IMG/VR virus record: IMGVR_UViG_3300005336_000008 | Strand: one strand, 5' to 3' | Length of the DNA stretch: 56,024 bases | Source: a virus | Shown: piece after piece, positions 40,198-49,768 of the stretch | How the letters are laid out: every line of letters starts with the position of its first letter | Numbering within the stretch: position 1 is the first letter of the stretch | Made by a program: the position numbers and the translations under genes | Notes under the pieces: model-generated | Told to the model about the DNA's origin: nothing | The model's database searches: none | The model's input: only the letters and a program-made list of their open reading frames with translations

Positions 40198-42588
40198 ATG
40201 ACTCTCGCTCTAGACACCTTCACTAAAACAGCACTCTTTACGGGTGATTCTAGTACCAACCATACTCCTATTGGTACACCTAAAGCTGTCCTCGTCTGTA
40301 TTGCTCAGAATGGTACTGATGCAGATGAAATGGCGGGAGTCACTTATGGTGGCGTAGCCATGGCACGATTGACCAATGGCTTCGCGAAAGATACGGCGAC
40401 CGAATTTATGGCGTCGTATATTTATTTCTTAGGTTCAGGTATTCCAACCGGGACACAAACGGTAAACTTCGATACATCAGCAGTTAATGGTGATAAAGTT
40501 GCATGGATTATTACTTTAACAGGAGCAGCTAATACAGCAGTTGAAGCTTCTGGAGTCGCCCAAGAGAACCAAGCAAACCCAACTGTCGTTCTTACTACCG
40601 GCGCGAGTGTAGAAACATGGGCAATGAGCATTGTCATGTCCGGTCAGGGTACACAAGCTGCATTTACGTCTGGTACAGGATTCAGTAAACTAGATAACCA
40701 TGACTTCGGCCAGCAAGTTGCAGTTCTAGAAACAATCGACACGAATGATGCTGGTGGTAATGTAACTGTAGGATGGACAGCTACTACTGATGATGTCGCA
40801 ATGGTTGCAGTTGCGATCAAGGAACTTACGGGATCAACTCAATTTGCAACTCTAAGTGCATCTGGTTCAGGAAGTCCAGTTTTGCAAAAAACTCCAACTA
40901 AGGTCTTGTCGGGAGTTGGAACTGCGGCTCGAGTTTTGATTCGTGCACCAGCTAGATCACTATCTTCTAGTGGAACTAGCGTTCCTGTACTTAGAAGGAT
41001 TCCTAGCCGTTCACTTTCGGCGGCTGGAACTGGAGTTGTATCTTTAGTTACTTCCAAAGTAGTTATTAGATCCTTAAGTGCAACAGGTACGGGAATTAGC
41101 ACACTTGTACGTTCACCTATTAGACTGCTCTCTGTAGTTACATCTGGTGTAGCAACTTTCGTACGTTCTCCATTGCATATTTTCTCTGTTGCAAGAACTG
41201 TTACTCCAAGTTTAATTAGAAGTCCAATCAGAAGCCTGTCTGTTACGGGAAGTGGAACGGCCACATTAGTTAGAAATCCGATTCGAAGTCTACTTGCTAC
41301 AGGTGTTGGAACTGCAACTGTAGCAGCATTAAAACTAAGTTTAAAGACATTAAGTGTTACTGTTACTGGTGTGGTGTCTTTGATTCGAGAACCGCGAAAA
41401 ATTCTTGTAACCTCAGGATCAGTTACAGTAGTAGTTACACTAATTCGTGATATCTCAAGAAATCTAACTGTATCAGGAGCCGGCGTTGCAAGTATTACGC
41501 GTTCTCTCTCACGTACATACTCTATTCAAGCAAGTAATGTCACGTCTCTGGTTCGTAGCGCTCAAAAGATTCTTGTTACCACTGGATCAAATGTTGCAAC
41601 ATTTGTACGTACGCCTATCAGGGCATTAAGCATAACTGCAGTAGGTACAGCAACTTTCATCAGAAATCCATTACGAACATTAAATGTAATTGGCACATCA
41701 ACAGCAACTCTCTCCGTTATCAAAGTACGACTAGCGGAGTTCGCAACTACAGCAACTGGATTAGCATCATTAATCAAAAATCCGCAAATTAATCTCTCGG
41801 TTCTAGGTACGGGAGGGGCATCCGTAGTACGCTCTATATATACTGTGTACTTGGCTGCTGGAACTGGCTTGGCTACACTAGTTCGGGTGCCTGCCCGTGT
41901 GCTGAGTTCAGTCGGCACGGGAGTAGCATCCTTAACCAGCCTAAAAGTGAGACTAGCTTCATTTACTGCAATTGGAACGGGGACGACAAGTTTAATTAGA
42001 GCACCAATTAGAACATTAAGCACAATTGGAACAGGAATAGCATCACTCTCAATAACTTCAATCATCTTAAGGACATTCAATGTTACAGTAACAGGTGTTG
42101 CCTCATTAAGTAAATTACCATCGCATGTATTTAGTGCAACATCTAGTGGGGTGGCATCATTAACAGCAGCAGCCTTACAATCCGCAGTATTTACGACAAC
42201 TGCTACCGCAGTAGCCTCAATTCGTCGAGCGCCGCAGGTAAGTTTAAGGGTTACAGTAAATGGAATTGCAGTACTAGCCCGTTTGGTAAGTTCAACATTT
42301 TCTACGACTGGTTCTGTTATTGTGACAATGATTCAATCGACGGCTACGACGGTTGAATTCTTTGTAACTGCAATCGGAAATACTACCTTAATCAGATCAG
42401 TACAAAAAGTACTAGAGGTTACAGGAACAGGAATCGCAACATTAACAACACAAGTATTCCAGAACGCTGGAATGATTATTGCAAGTGGTATTGCATTAAC
42501 TCAGTGGTCTGGACAGGCTCTACTTAGATTCTCAGGTTACGCAATCGAGCATCTCAGAGGTAAACCAATGAATCCGAAAGATATGTAA
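40198..42588 (+). CDS. Repeat protein: an N-terminal globular domain of about 210 aa followed by about 29 tandem 18/20-residue repeats. Fibre-like.
   Basis: I parsed the repeats by hand from residue about 215 to about 770. The consensus is L-S-x-x-G-T-G-x-A-(S/T)-L-(V/I)-R-x-P-x-R-x. Confidence 0.8.
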   Translation: MTLALDTFTKTALFTGDSSTNHTPIGTPKAVLVCIAQNGTDADEMAGVTYGGVAMARLTNGFAKDTATEFMASYIYFLGSGIPTGTQTVNFDTSAVNGDKVAWIITLTGAANTAVEASGVAQENQANPTVVLTTGASVETWAMSIVMSGQGTQAAFTSGTGFSKLDNHDFGQQVAVLETIDTNDAGGNVTVGWTATTDDVAMVAVAIKELTGSTQFATLSASGSGSPVLQKTPTKVLSGVGTAARVLIRAPARSLSSSGTSVPVLRRIPSRSLSAAGTGVVSLVTSKVVIRSLSATGTGISTLVRSPIRLLSVVTSGVATFVRSPLHIFSVARTVTPSLIRSPIRSLSVTGSGTATLVRNPIRSLLATGVGTATVAALKLSLKTLSVTVTGVVSLIREPRKILVTSGSVTVVVTLIRDISRNLTVSGAGVASITRSLSRTYSIQASNVTSLVRSAQKILVTTGSNVATFVRTPIRALSITAVGTATFIRNPLRTLNVIGTSTATLSVIKVRLAEFATTATGLASLIKNPQINLSVLGTGGASVVRSIYTVYLAAGTGLATLVRVPARVLSSVGTGVASLTSLKVRLASFTAIGTGTTSLIRAPIRTLSTIGTGIASLSITSIILRTFNVTVTGVASLSKLPSHVFSATSSGVASLTAAALQSAVFTTTATAVASIRRAPQVSLRVTVNGIAVLARLVSSTFSTTGSVIVTMIQSTATTVEFFVTAIGNTTLIRSVQKVLEVTGTGIATLTTQVFQNAGMIIASGIALTQWSGQALLRFSGYAIEHLRGKPMNPKDM

Positions 42589-42896
42589 TGGCTATTGCAC
42601 AAGCTACAATTCATGTACCAAAGGGTAGTATTCAATATTGGCCTGTTAAGGTCAAGGACGCTTTCGGAACTATCTTAACCTTAGATGGTTTGGACCTAAG
42701 ATATGATCTTTACAAAGATGATGAAGATGAGACGGAAATCGTAACAAACGCAATTGCAGGAAATGAAGGTATGATTGCTCAGCCACTAATCGATTCAAAT
42801 TCTTTAGATGAAGGACGTTATAAGCTCTTCATCTCTTTTGCTGCATCACCACAAACGCCAAGATTAGGTCCTTTCTTCTTTCAGGTAGATGACTAA
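42588..42896 (+). CDS. Small protein, a distant paralog of 1174..1503
   Basis: 102-aa ORF with a TAATG junction. The shared motif is noted under 1174..1503. Confidence 0.6.
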   Translation: MAIAQATIHVPKGSIQYWPVKVKDAFGTILTLDGLDLRYDLYKDDEDETEIVTNAIAGNEGMIAQPLIDSNSLDEGRYKLFISFAASPQTPRLGPFFFQVDD

Positions 42897-44270
42897 ATGA
42901 GACTTATTCCACCAGTCGATAGAGACGAAGTATTCGAACGGATTAAGTATAAGCCTCATTCAGAGGAACAGTATAGAATCCATGATTCGTTAGCAAGATT
43001 CAGAATTCCAAGTTGTGGCCGGCGATTTGGAAAGTCACAAGCTGCTGGTCATGAAATGACTCTGAATCTTTTTATTCCAGAAACGCTTTGGTGGATCGTT
43101 GGTCCAACTTATCGACTCGGTGAGAAGGAATTCAGAGTTGTCTGGAACGATCTTAAAGCTCTAAATCTTCTGGATAAGTGCAGCACTAGACAATACAACA
43201 TTAATCAGGGTCAGATGCGTCTTGTCACTCCGATGGGATCAACGCTCGAAGTTGTATCAGCAGAGAAACAGGATACCCTCGTTGGTGAAGGTCTTGATGG
43301 TGTAATTATGTCTGAGGCTGCCAAGCATAAAATGTCTACTTGGCAGATGTACATTGAACCTGCTTTGTCTGACAAACGTGGTTCAGCAATCTTCCCGAGT
43401 ACGCCACAAGGATTCAATTGGTATAAAGGTCTGTATGATATGGGCCAGCATCCCGACTTTGAAGATTATGAATCTTGGCGATTTCCGACTTGGACAAATA
43501 AGGCAATGTACCCAGGAGGGTACGATGATCCAGAACTTGTTAGAATTCGTCGCACGGTTTCTAAACAGTATTGGGAACAAGAGTATGCGGCGGAGTTCAC
43601 TTCGTTCGAAGGACAAATCTATCCAGAATTCGATGAACGTGTTCATGTTAAAAGGCACGAGTATAATCCATTATGGTTTAACGCATGGGCCTTTGACTTC
43701 GGCTTCGCAGATCCATTCTGTTGTTACGATATCCAAGTCGATCCCTCTGACAACGTATACATCTGGCGGGAATATCAGGTCAGTCATTTAAGTACATGGC
43801 AGCATGGTCATATCTTAAAGAATCGTGAAAATCCAAATAACTTTCACGTGAATATGATGTATGCTGATCCTGCTGGTGCAGATGAAGTCGCAACCTTAGA
43901 ACTGGTGTTGGGTAAAATTTTTGCTGAACGAGTTAGTTGGCATGAAGGTATCGAAGCAGTTCGTCGTTGGATGGCTCCTGAAGAGGGACCATCAAAATTA
44001 GTTATTGATCCTTCTTGTGTCCATCTCATTCGTCAAATTCAACAGTTAAGAAGAAAAGAGAATAGAGAAGGTCATAATGAGAGAACTGGTCAGCATGATT
44101 ATGATGATCACGGACCAGATGCAATTAGATACTTCTTCTCTCAACATTTTGTGCTTGGAAGGAACATGACACTAGCGTCCGTATATACTAGGCGGGGAGA
44201 GCGCGAGAGCGATGCGTTCTTTACGTACTCTAGTGGTTTTAAACTAAACGACAGTATCTCATATGGCTAA
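42897..44270 (+). CDS. terL: Terminase large subunit
   Basis: Walker A is CGRRFGKSQ and the Walker B-like motif is LDGVIMSEA. The nuclease region has MYADPAGADE. 457 aa, followed by the portal gene. Confidence 0.85.
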   Translation: MRLIPPVDRDEVFERIKYKPHSEEQYRIHDSLARFRIPSCGRRFGKSQAAGHEMTLNLFIPETLWWIVGPTYRLGEKEFRVVWNDLKALNLLDKCSTRQYNINQGQMRLVTPMGSTLEVVSAEKQDTLVGEGLDGVIMSEAAKHKMSTWQMYIEPALSDKRGSAIFPSTPQGFNWYKGLYDMGQHPDFEDYESWRFPTWTNKAMYPGGYDDPELVRIRRTVSKQYWEQEYAAEFTSFEGQIYPEFDERVHVKRHEYNPLWFNAWAFDFGFADPFCCYDIQVDPSDNVYIWREYQVSHLSTWQHGHILKNRENPNNFHVNMMYADPAGADEVATLELVLGKIFAERVSWHEGIEAVRRWMAPEEGPSKLVIDPSCVHLIRQIQQLRRKENREGHNERTGQHDYDDHGPDAIRYFFSQHFVLGRNMTLASVYTRRGERESDAFFTYSSGFKLNDSISYG

Positions 44271-45666
44271 ATTACCCACATTAAGTAAAAAGGATCAAAC
44301 ACCCCGAAAGCAAGTTTCGGGAACGGGGTATTCTGCTAATGGTGCTGTTGATGTAGCTCCTGTTGCATATGGAGAATTAGGCTCTTCTCGCATTGCACAG
44401 ATCATTGATCCTGTTCCTGAATTAGCGAATAGGAACCAAGAGCTACAAACATACAAGAAGATGATTCGTGGTGATGTGTCTGTCCGCTCATCATTGCGAG
44501 TAGGTAAATCATCTATTCTTGGTGCTGAGTTCTACATCGACGCATATTCTCCAGAAATTGAAGATCAGGTTGTCGCTGAATTTTGCAACGACAACCTTTT
44601 TTATGGTGGTAACATTCCGTGGGTAAAGACATTAGAAGGAATCGTGAGATTCCTCGAAAATGGCTTCTCATTCTTTGAGCATGTTTGGGAACTAAGAGAA
44701 TGGTCACCAAGAACTAGTGCACCAGGAGCAAACAAAAAGAAATATACAATGTTACGCAAGTTGGCCGAAAGGCCCGCTCGCACAGTTACAGGATTTGACT
44801 ACGACGAGAATGGTGGATTAAACTTTGTTACGCAGCAAGCTATCGGAGCGGATAACCGCGCGAAAGAAGTTAAGATCCCAATCTCGAAAGGTGTCTTATT
44901 TACTTTTGAAGGAGACGGGAATGCCGAAGGTGAGAGTATTCTCCGTCCGGCTCATAGGAATTGGTACTATAAAGATAAGCTTTATACGATTGACGCAATC
45001 CAAAAGGAACGTCATGGTATTGGAGTGCCCGAAGTTGAAGTATTACCGGGTGCGACCAACAGCGATAAAAGACTTGCAGAAGAACTTGGCGCTAACCTTA
45101 GGACGAACGAACGAGGGTACATCGTTCGACCGTCAACACTTACTATTGGATTCGCAGAGCTTAAAGGGCAACCAGTTGATGCACTAGAGTCAGCACTTCA
45201 TCATGATAATCAAATCATGAAGAATATTCTGGTTCAGTTCATTAATCTTGGTTTAGACTCTTCTGGTGGTGGACGCGCAACAGGAGCAACAGCTTTCGAT
45301 GCATTCATGAAGGCAATGAGATACATCGCAAATATGATTTGCGATTATATCAATATGTTTCTCATTCCTTATCTTGTTGCTTATAACTTCCCCACAAATA
45401 GATTTCCAAAACTCTGTGTTCGCAATATCGGTGAGACTAAGGATATGCAGGCTTGGTCGTCTATGGTAAAGAATCTACTTGAAGCTCAGGGGATCACTCC
45501 TGATATGCCGACTGAGCAGTATCTTCGCAAGATCGCGGATATGCCACAAAAGACTGAGCCGCGTCCAGTAGAAGCTGATAATCCTGCCAACATCGATAAG
45601 CAAGCAAGTAACAATGGTGGTGCAGGAAATATCGGAAAGTCTCCTAATGATGCAGGAGGCAGATAA
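44263..45666 (+). CDS. Portal protein
   Basis: 467 aa. It overlaps the terL stop and precedes the protease-scaffold and capsid genes. The call rests on position and size. Confidence 0.7.
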   Translation: MAKLPTLSKKDQTPRKQVSGTGYSANGAVDVAPVAYGELGSSRIAQIIDPVPELANRNQELQTYKKMIRGDVSVRSSLRVGKSSILGAEFYIDAYSPEIEDQVVAEFCNDNLFYGGNIPWVKTLEGIVRFLENGFSFFEHVWELREWSPRTSAPGANKKKYTMLRKLAERPARTVTGFDYDENGGLNFVTQQAIGADNRAKEVKIPISKGVLFTFEGDGNAEGESILRPAHRNWYYKDKLYTIDAIQKERHGIGVPEVEVLPGATNSDKRLAEELGANLRTNERGYIVRPSTLTIGFAELKGQPVDALESALHHDNQIMKNILVQFINLGLDSSGGGRATGATAFDAFMKAMRYIANMICDYINMFLIPYLVAYNFPTNRFPKLCVRNIGETKDMQAWSSMVKNLLEAQGITPDMPTEQYLRKIADMPQKTEPRPVEADNPANIDKQASNNGGAGNIGKSPNDAGGR

Positions 45667-45668
45667 TC

Positions 45669-45842
45669 ATGGGTGATACAGAAGCACGCGCACATGATAG
45701 AGCCGAACCTGGCGGAGCACCAGTTTATAATGGACCAAGTAAAGCAGCACAAGAGAAATGGAGAATTGAAACTCCTTATTTCGCACTTGATCCAGAAGAA
45801 GACGCAGAGCGAATTGAAAGTTTACCAAAGCCAGGTAAGTAA
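45669..45842 (+). CDS. Small ORF (57 aa), below the track cutoff
   Basis: MGDTEARAHDRAEPGGAPVYNGPSKAAQEKWRIETPYFALDPEEDAERIESLPKPGK. It fills the gap after the portal gene. Confidence 0.45.
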   Translation: MGDTEARAHDRAEPGGAPVYNGPSKAAQEKWRIETPYFALDPEEDAERIESLPKPGK

Positions 45843-45979
45843 TGCCTGTTAGGAAAACAGGTGGTGGTTATAAGTACGGTAGCAAGGGTAAGTTGTACAG
45901 AGGTAAGGGAGCAAAGGCAAAAGCAGCGAGACAGGGTAGAGCAATTCAAGCTAGCAAGCATCGCAAGGGAAAGAAATAA
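45842..45979 (+). CDS. Small, very basic ORF (45 aa)
   Basis: MPVRKTGGGYKYGSKGKLYRGKGAKAKAARQGRAIQASKHRKGKK. It has TAATG junctions at both ends. Confidence 0.45.
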   Translation: MPVRKTGGGYKYGSKGKLYRGKGAKAKAARQGRAIQASKHRKGKK

Positions 45980-47532
45980 TGAAAAAATACGACAACGTTT
46001 TAAATCATGTTTATGGAGTACCCTGGCTCATCACAGAAGATGGTTTACAGTCAATCCTCGGAATTCTTGATCGTAAGATTGAAGGCGATTCTCTTTCCCT
46101 TGAGCAGCTCGAAGAACTTAGGGAAAAAGGCGGATCAAGAAACCATCTGGATTTACCTGAACAGCCAGGTATTGCTGTACTCCCTATTCATGGTTCAATT
46201 TTTCCCAAAGCAAATCTTCTTACTGAGTTTAGTGGTGGAACTTCCGTTTCAGCAATGATGAATGATCTAGATTCATTAATGGCTGAGGATAATGTTCGGG
46301 GGATTCTTCTCGATATCGATTCTCCTGGTGGTTCTGCTACAATGATGCAAGAAGGTGCTGACGCAATTTGGGAAGCACGTCAGTCTGGAAAGAAACCTAT
46401 TTGGGCCATTGCGAACTCTCAGGCGGCCAGTGGAGCATACTATCTAGGTTCACAGGCTGAAAAACTTTTCATGACTCCTTCTGGTACGGTAGGCTCAATT
46501 GGAGTTATTTCCGTACATACTGACGAATCGGGTCAGGATGCAAAGGAAGGAATTAAGCGAACTGTTCTCACTGTTGGTGAGAACAAAGGTATCGGTCATC
46601 CAGCACTACCATTGAGTGATAAAGCTCGAGAAATTGTGATGGAACAAATGACCGAAATCTACGGCGAATTTACTTCTGCCGTAGCCCGCGGACGTGGAGT
46701 ATCCGTGGAAGATGTAACTGAAAACTACGGCAAAGGACGTGTTTATAAATCTCGTTCGGCCCTTGAGAAAGGTATGGTCGATGGAGTAAAGACAATTCGT
46801 AGTGTATCTGAGAATTTCTTGCAAGAAGTTTTTAGTTCAAAGGGTAAATCACAAGCTGTTGTACCACGACAGGTAGGAGTCAAAATGCCGGAGCTTACTC
46901 CCGAGATTCTAGAGTCTCTAGAACTCAGTGAGGATGCAACGTCTGATGACGTTCTTGCCGCAATCGCCGGAATTCGTGAAACTAATCCGGCACCAACGCC
47001 TGATGTAAATGATCCTGCACCGATTCTTACTCCTGAGTTTGAGAAGCAGTATCCAGAAATCGCTTCTCAGCTTAAGGCAGATCGTGCAGAAATGGCTGAA
47101 ATGCGTGCAGGTCGTCGCAAGGATGCAGCAAAGATGTTCGCTGCTCAGTATGAAAGATTCTCAACTGATGAAGGTGCTGAGACTGGTCTTGGTTTTTCAG
47201 GTCTTGCACTTACTCAGGTTGAGGAAATGCATCTTAAGATTGCAGATGGTCTTATGACGCATGATGATCTTTCATCGCTCCTTGATAACGTTGCATCTGG
47301 AAATGCAATCGTAGATTATCGCGAGCTTGGTTCAACTCGTGGTAAGGAAGTTACGACTGATGGTGCTTCTGCTGCAACTGAACTTACTAATAAGGCTAAG
47401 GCTATCCAGGTTGAAACTGGTGAGTCTTATGGTGATGCACTTGCTAAGGTAATGGCCGATCCTGAAAACGAAGAACTTGTTTCAGCGTATCGTTCTACTT
47501 ACCGCCCCGCACATGAGGGAGGTGAGAAGTAA
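45979..47532 (+). CDS. Prohead protease (S49/SppA-ClpP fold) fused to a scaffold-like C-terminal region
   Basis: The protease region reads ILLDIDSPGGSA...ANSQAASGAYYLGSQAEKLFMTPSGTVGSIGV. The C-terminal half is helical and charged. Confidence 0.8.
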   Translation: MKKYDNVLNHVYGVPWLITEDGLQSILGILDRKIEGDSLSLEQLEELREKGGSRNHLDLPEQPGIAVLPIHGSIFPKANLLTEFSGGTSVSAMMNDLDSLMAEDNVRGILLDIDSPGGSATMMQEGADAIWEARQSGKKPIWAIANSQAASGAYYLGSQAEKLFMTPSGTVGSIGVISVHTDESGQDAKEGIKRTVLTVGENKGIGHPALPLSDKAREIVMEQMTEIYGEFTSAVARGRGVSVEDVTENYGKGRVYKSRSALEKGMVDGVKTIRSVSENFLQEVFSSKGKSQAVVPRQVGVKMPELTPEILESLELSEDATSDDVLAAIAGIRETNPAPTPDVNDPAPILTPEFEKQYPEIASQLKADRAEMAEMRAGRRKDAAKMFAAQYERFSTDEGAETGLGFSGLALTQVEEMHLKIADGLMTHDDLSSLLDNVASGNAIVDYRELGSTRGKEVTTDGASAATELTNKAKAIQVETGESYGDALAKVMADPENEELVSAYRSTYRPAHEGGEK

Positions 47533-47918
47533 TGGCCGAAGGTGGAAACAGTATTCTTGAGTTAGGTTTTGATGCAGCAGCAGCACTAACTCAGTATACA
47601 GCAGTTAAACTATCCGCTAACCAGACAGTTACCCCTGTTACGGCAGAAGGTGATCTTTGGATTGGTATTACCCAGTTCGGAGTTACTTCTGGTGAAATTC
47701 TAGAGGGTAAAGGTGCAACAGTGTGGCTCATGGGTACTTCCTTAATTAAGGTTGGTACTGGTGGAATCACACTAGGCACGATTGTCGTTATGGATGCAAG
47801 TGGTCAGGCAGTTGCTTCAAATACTGGTGCACGGCCACTTGGTATTGCTTTAAATACCGGCGTTGCTGGTGATCTTATTCCTGTCCTTCTAACGCCTGGT
47901 CTGGCGCTCATTCCGTAA
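47532..47918 (+). CDS. DUF2190-like head decoration/cement protein
   Basis: 128 aa and Gly/Thr/Val-rich. It sits between the protease-scaffold and the major capsid gene. Confidence 0.5.
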   Translation: MAEGGNSILELGFDAAAALTQYTAVKLSANQTVTPVTAEGDLWIGITQFGVTSGEILEGKGATVWLMGTSLIKVGTGGITLGTIVVMDASGQAVASNTGARPLGIALNTGVAGDLIPVLLTPGLALIP

Positions 47919-47935
47919 GGGAGGTGAGATACTAA

Positions 47936-48964
47936 ATGGCTTACGATCCTCAGCAGTTATACATCGATCCCATTCTAACTGGTTTTTCTCTGGGATACGA
48001 GGAACAGACGCTATACGGCACTCGCCTCGCACCGGAAATGACGGTGAGATCAAAGAGCGCACGATATCGCGTTTTCGATCGTTCACACTGGCTACTGTAT
48101 TCAGATAGACGCGAGCCTGGAACGCAGACTCGCACGATTCAGCCTCGCAAGTGGAGTGAAGATACTTACAAGACTCAGCAGCACGCACTTAAGGGTTTTG
48201 TTGCTGATGAAGAACGGCGTGAGTTAAATTCTCAGGGTGGACTTGCAGATGCTACGTTTGGTGGCGATCTACAGATTGATCCAGATCGTGATGTTGCGGA
48301 AGATACTACGGGTGGACTACTTCGTGGTCATGAGAATCTAGTTCAGTCTCGTTTCCGTAATACAGCAAACTATGCAGCAGGTCATACTACAGCACTTGCA
48401 GGTGCAGCTAAGTGGTCTGATTACACTTATGTAACGCCTGGTGAGGTAACTTCTATCGTTTCTAATCCAGTTGCAGATATCAAGACAGCAGTTATGCGTG
48501 TTTATCTTGATACTGGCCGCTGGCCGAATACGATGGTGATTCCGATTGACGCTCTTGGCGTTATTGAAGGGCATCCTCGTGTTGTTGATAGGTTCAAGAA
48601 CTTTGCGTTAACTGATCCAGAAGCTTGGAAGCAGCTACTCAACGTTCCTGCACCTGCTAACTTCTTCATCGTTGATTCAAAGTACAATGCTGCACAGAAT
48701 GTTTATGCAACCGAGAGCATTTCTTCGTTCTGGGGTCAGGACGTTTGGATCGGTCTTGTTGATCCAACGCCTGGCCAGCGAACTAAGACGTTTGCAAAGA
48801 CATTCGTTTATCCGCAGCCTAATGGTGAAGTTCGCGCAGTTGATTCATGGCGTGAGAATGATCCAAGAGGCGATTGGCATCGTACAACGTATGAGTATGA
48901 TGTGAAGATCGTTTCCAACGTTGCTGGTTATCTCATCCAGACCGCTGTTGCGGCACTATCGTAA
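47936..48964 (+). CDS. Major capsid protein
   Basis: 342 aa with an RBS (GGGAGGTGA). It is in the canonical position after the protease, scaffold and decoration genes. Confidence 0.75.
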   Translation: MAYDPQQLYIDPILTGFSLGYEEQTLYGTRLAPEMTVRSKSARYRVFDRSHWLLYSDRREPGTQTRTIQPRKWSEDTYKTQQHALKGFVADEERRELNSQGGLADATFGGDLQIDPDRDVAEDTTGGLLRGHENLVQSRFRNTANYAAGHTTALAGAAKWSDYTYVTPGEVTSIVSNPVADIKTAVMRVYLDTGRWPNTMVIPIDALGVIEGHPRVVDRFKNFALTDPEAWKQLLNVPAPANFFIVDSKYNAAQNVYATESISSFWGQDVWIGLVDPTPGQRTKTFAKTFVYPQPNGEVRAVDSWRENDPRGDWHRTTYEYDVKIVSNVAGYLIQTAVAALS

Positions 48965-48984
48965 CGGAAGGGGATAGATAAAAA

Positions 48985-49296
48985 ATGGCAACAATGTATG
49001 CATGGACTGATATTAAGCACGCTGACGGAGTTGTGAAGGCGGGCGAATCAGTTACAGCAAAGAAGCTCGGTGTAGACGATGATGAGTGGGATCAGCTTTG
49101 TGATTCAAAGGCAGTTCGGGCTGCAAAGTTTCCCGATATGCCTTCTGATTTCCTAGGCTCTCCACTTGAATTCGTTCAGAAGCAGATCAACGATCAGCTT
49201 CGTGTTGCAGAAGATGCAATGTCAGATGATGATGCGATGCTTCTGGCTACTCAGAATGCAGAAGCAATGACTGAGGAACCGGAGGATAACGAGTAG
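48985..49296 (+). CDS. Hypothetical acidic head-module protein
   Basis: 103-aa ORF followed by a terminator hairpin. Confidence 0.55.
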   Translation: MATMYAWTDIKHADGVVKAGESVTAKKLGVDDDEWDQLCDSKAVRAAKFPDMPSDFLGSPLEFVQKQINDQLRVAEDAMSDDDAMLLATQNAEAMTEEPEDNE

Positions 49297-49316
49297 GGGG
49301 TTAATACCCCCTACTC
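49291..49316 (+). terminator. Hairpin with a 10-bp stem (GAGTAGGGGG-TTAATA-CCCCCTACTC) after the head genes
   Basis: Read directly from the sequence. It overlaps the stop codon of 48985..49296 and is followed by AATTTAT. Confidence 0.55.
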
Positions 49317-49324
49317 AATTTATC

Positions 49325-49768
49325 ATGGCATACGCAGCTTTATCCGATGTAAATAAGCATTTACCTGACGATAAAGCTCAGGCTATGGATAGTGAGATTA
49401 CCGATCTATCCATTGAAGCGGACCGTCTGGTTCGAACCCGCATAGCTTCTGTAGTCGATTTAGATACAGTTGCATTATGGGTAGACCCTGCAAGTACTCC
49501 TGAAATTATTTCAACTATTTCAGGTTTACTAATCGCAGCACAATTCTACGCCAGACTCGTAGCGGAGGATGAAGCAGACGGTTCCGCTTATGCTCAAACT
49601 TTATATGACCAAGCAATGGCTTTATTGATGGATATTCGTAATGGTGATGCTATCATCATTGGTGTTGACGGCACAGAAGTAGATACCGATATTTTATCTG
49701 GTACATCTTTCTGGCCAAATGCCACCACACAAGAGCCATTCTTCAAAGTAGCTGATGCGTGGTCTTAA
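49325..49768 (+). CDS. Head-tail connector/adaptor candidate
   Basis: 147-aa ORF, the first gene after the head block. The call rests on position only. Confidence 0.45.
   Translation: MAYAALSDVNKHLPDDKAQAMDSEITDLSIEADRLVRTRIASVVDLDTVALWVDPASTPEIISTISGLLIAAQFYARLVAEDEADGSAYAQTLYDQAMALLMDIRNGDAIIIGVDGTEVDTDILSGTSFWPNATTQEPFFKVADAWS

Noticed and set aside
40422-42080. Antisense ORFs inside the repeat-protein gene (40422..40637, 40839..41264 and 41562..42080, minus strand)
   Set aside because: They are a consequence of the biased, repetitive codon content of the sense gene, where few reverse-complement stops arise. They have no RBS, and their composition (T, V, P, L runs) mirrors the sense repeats.
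43354-43791. 145-aa plus-strand ORF in another frame inside terL
   Set aside because: It is embedded in the terminase frame, which carries the Walker and nuclease motifs. It is an off-frame artefact.
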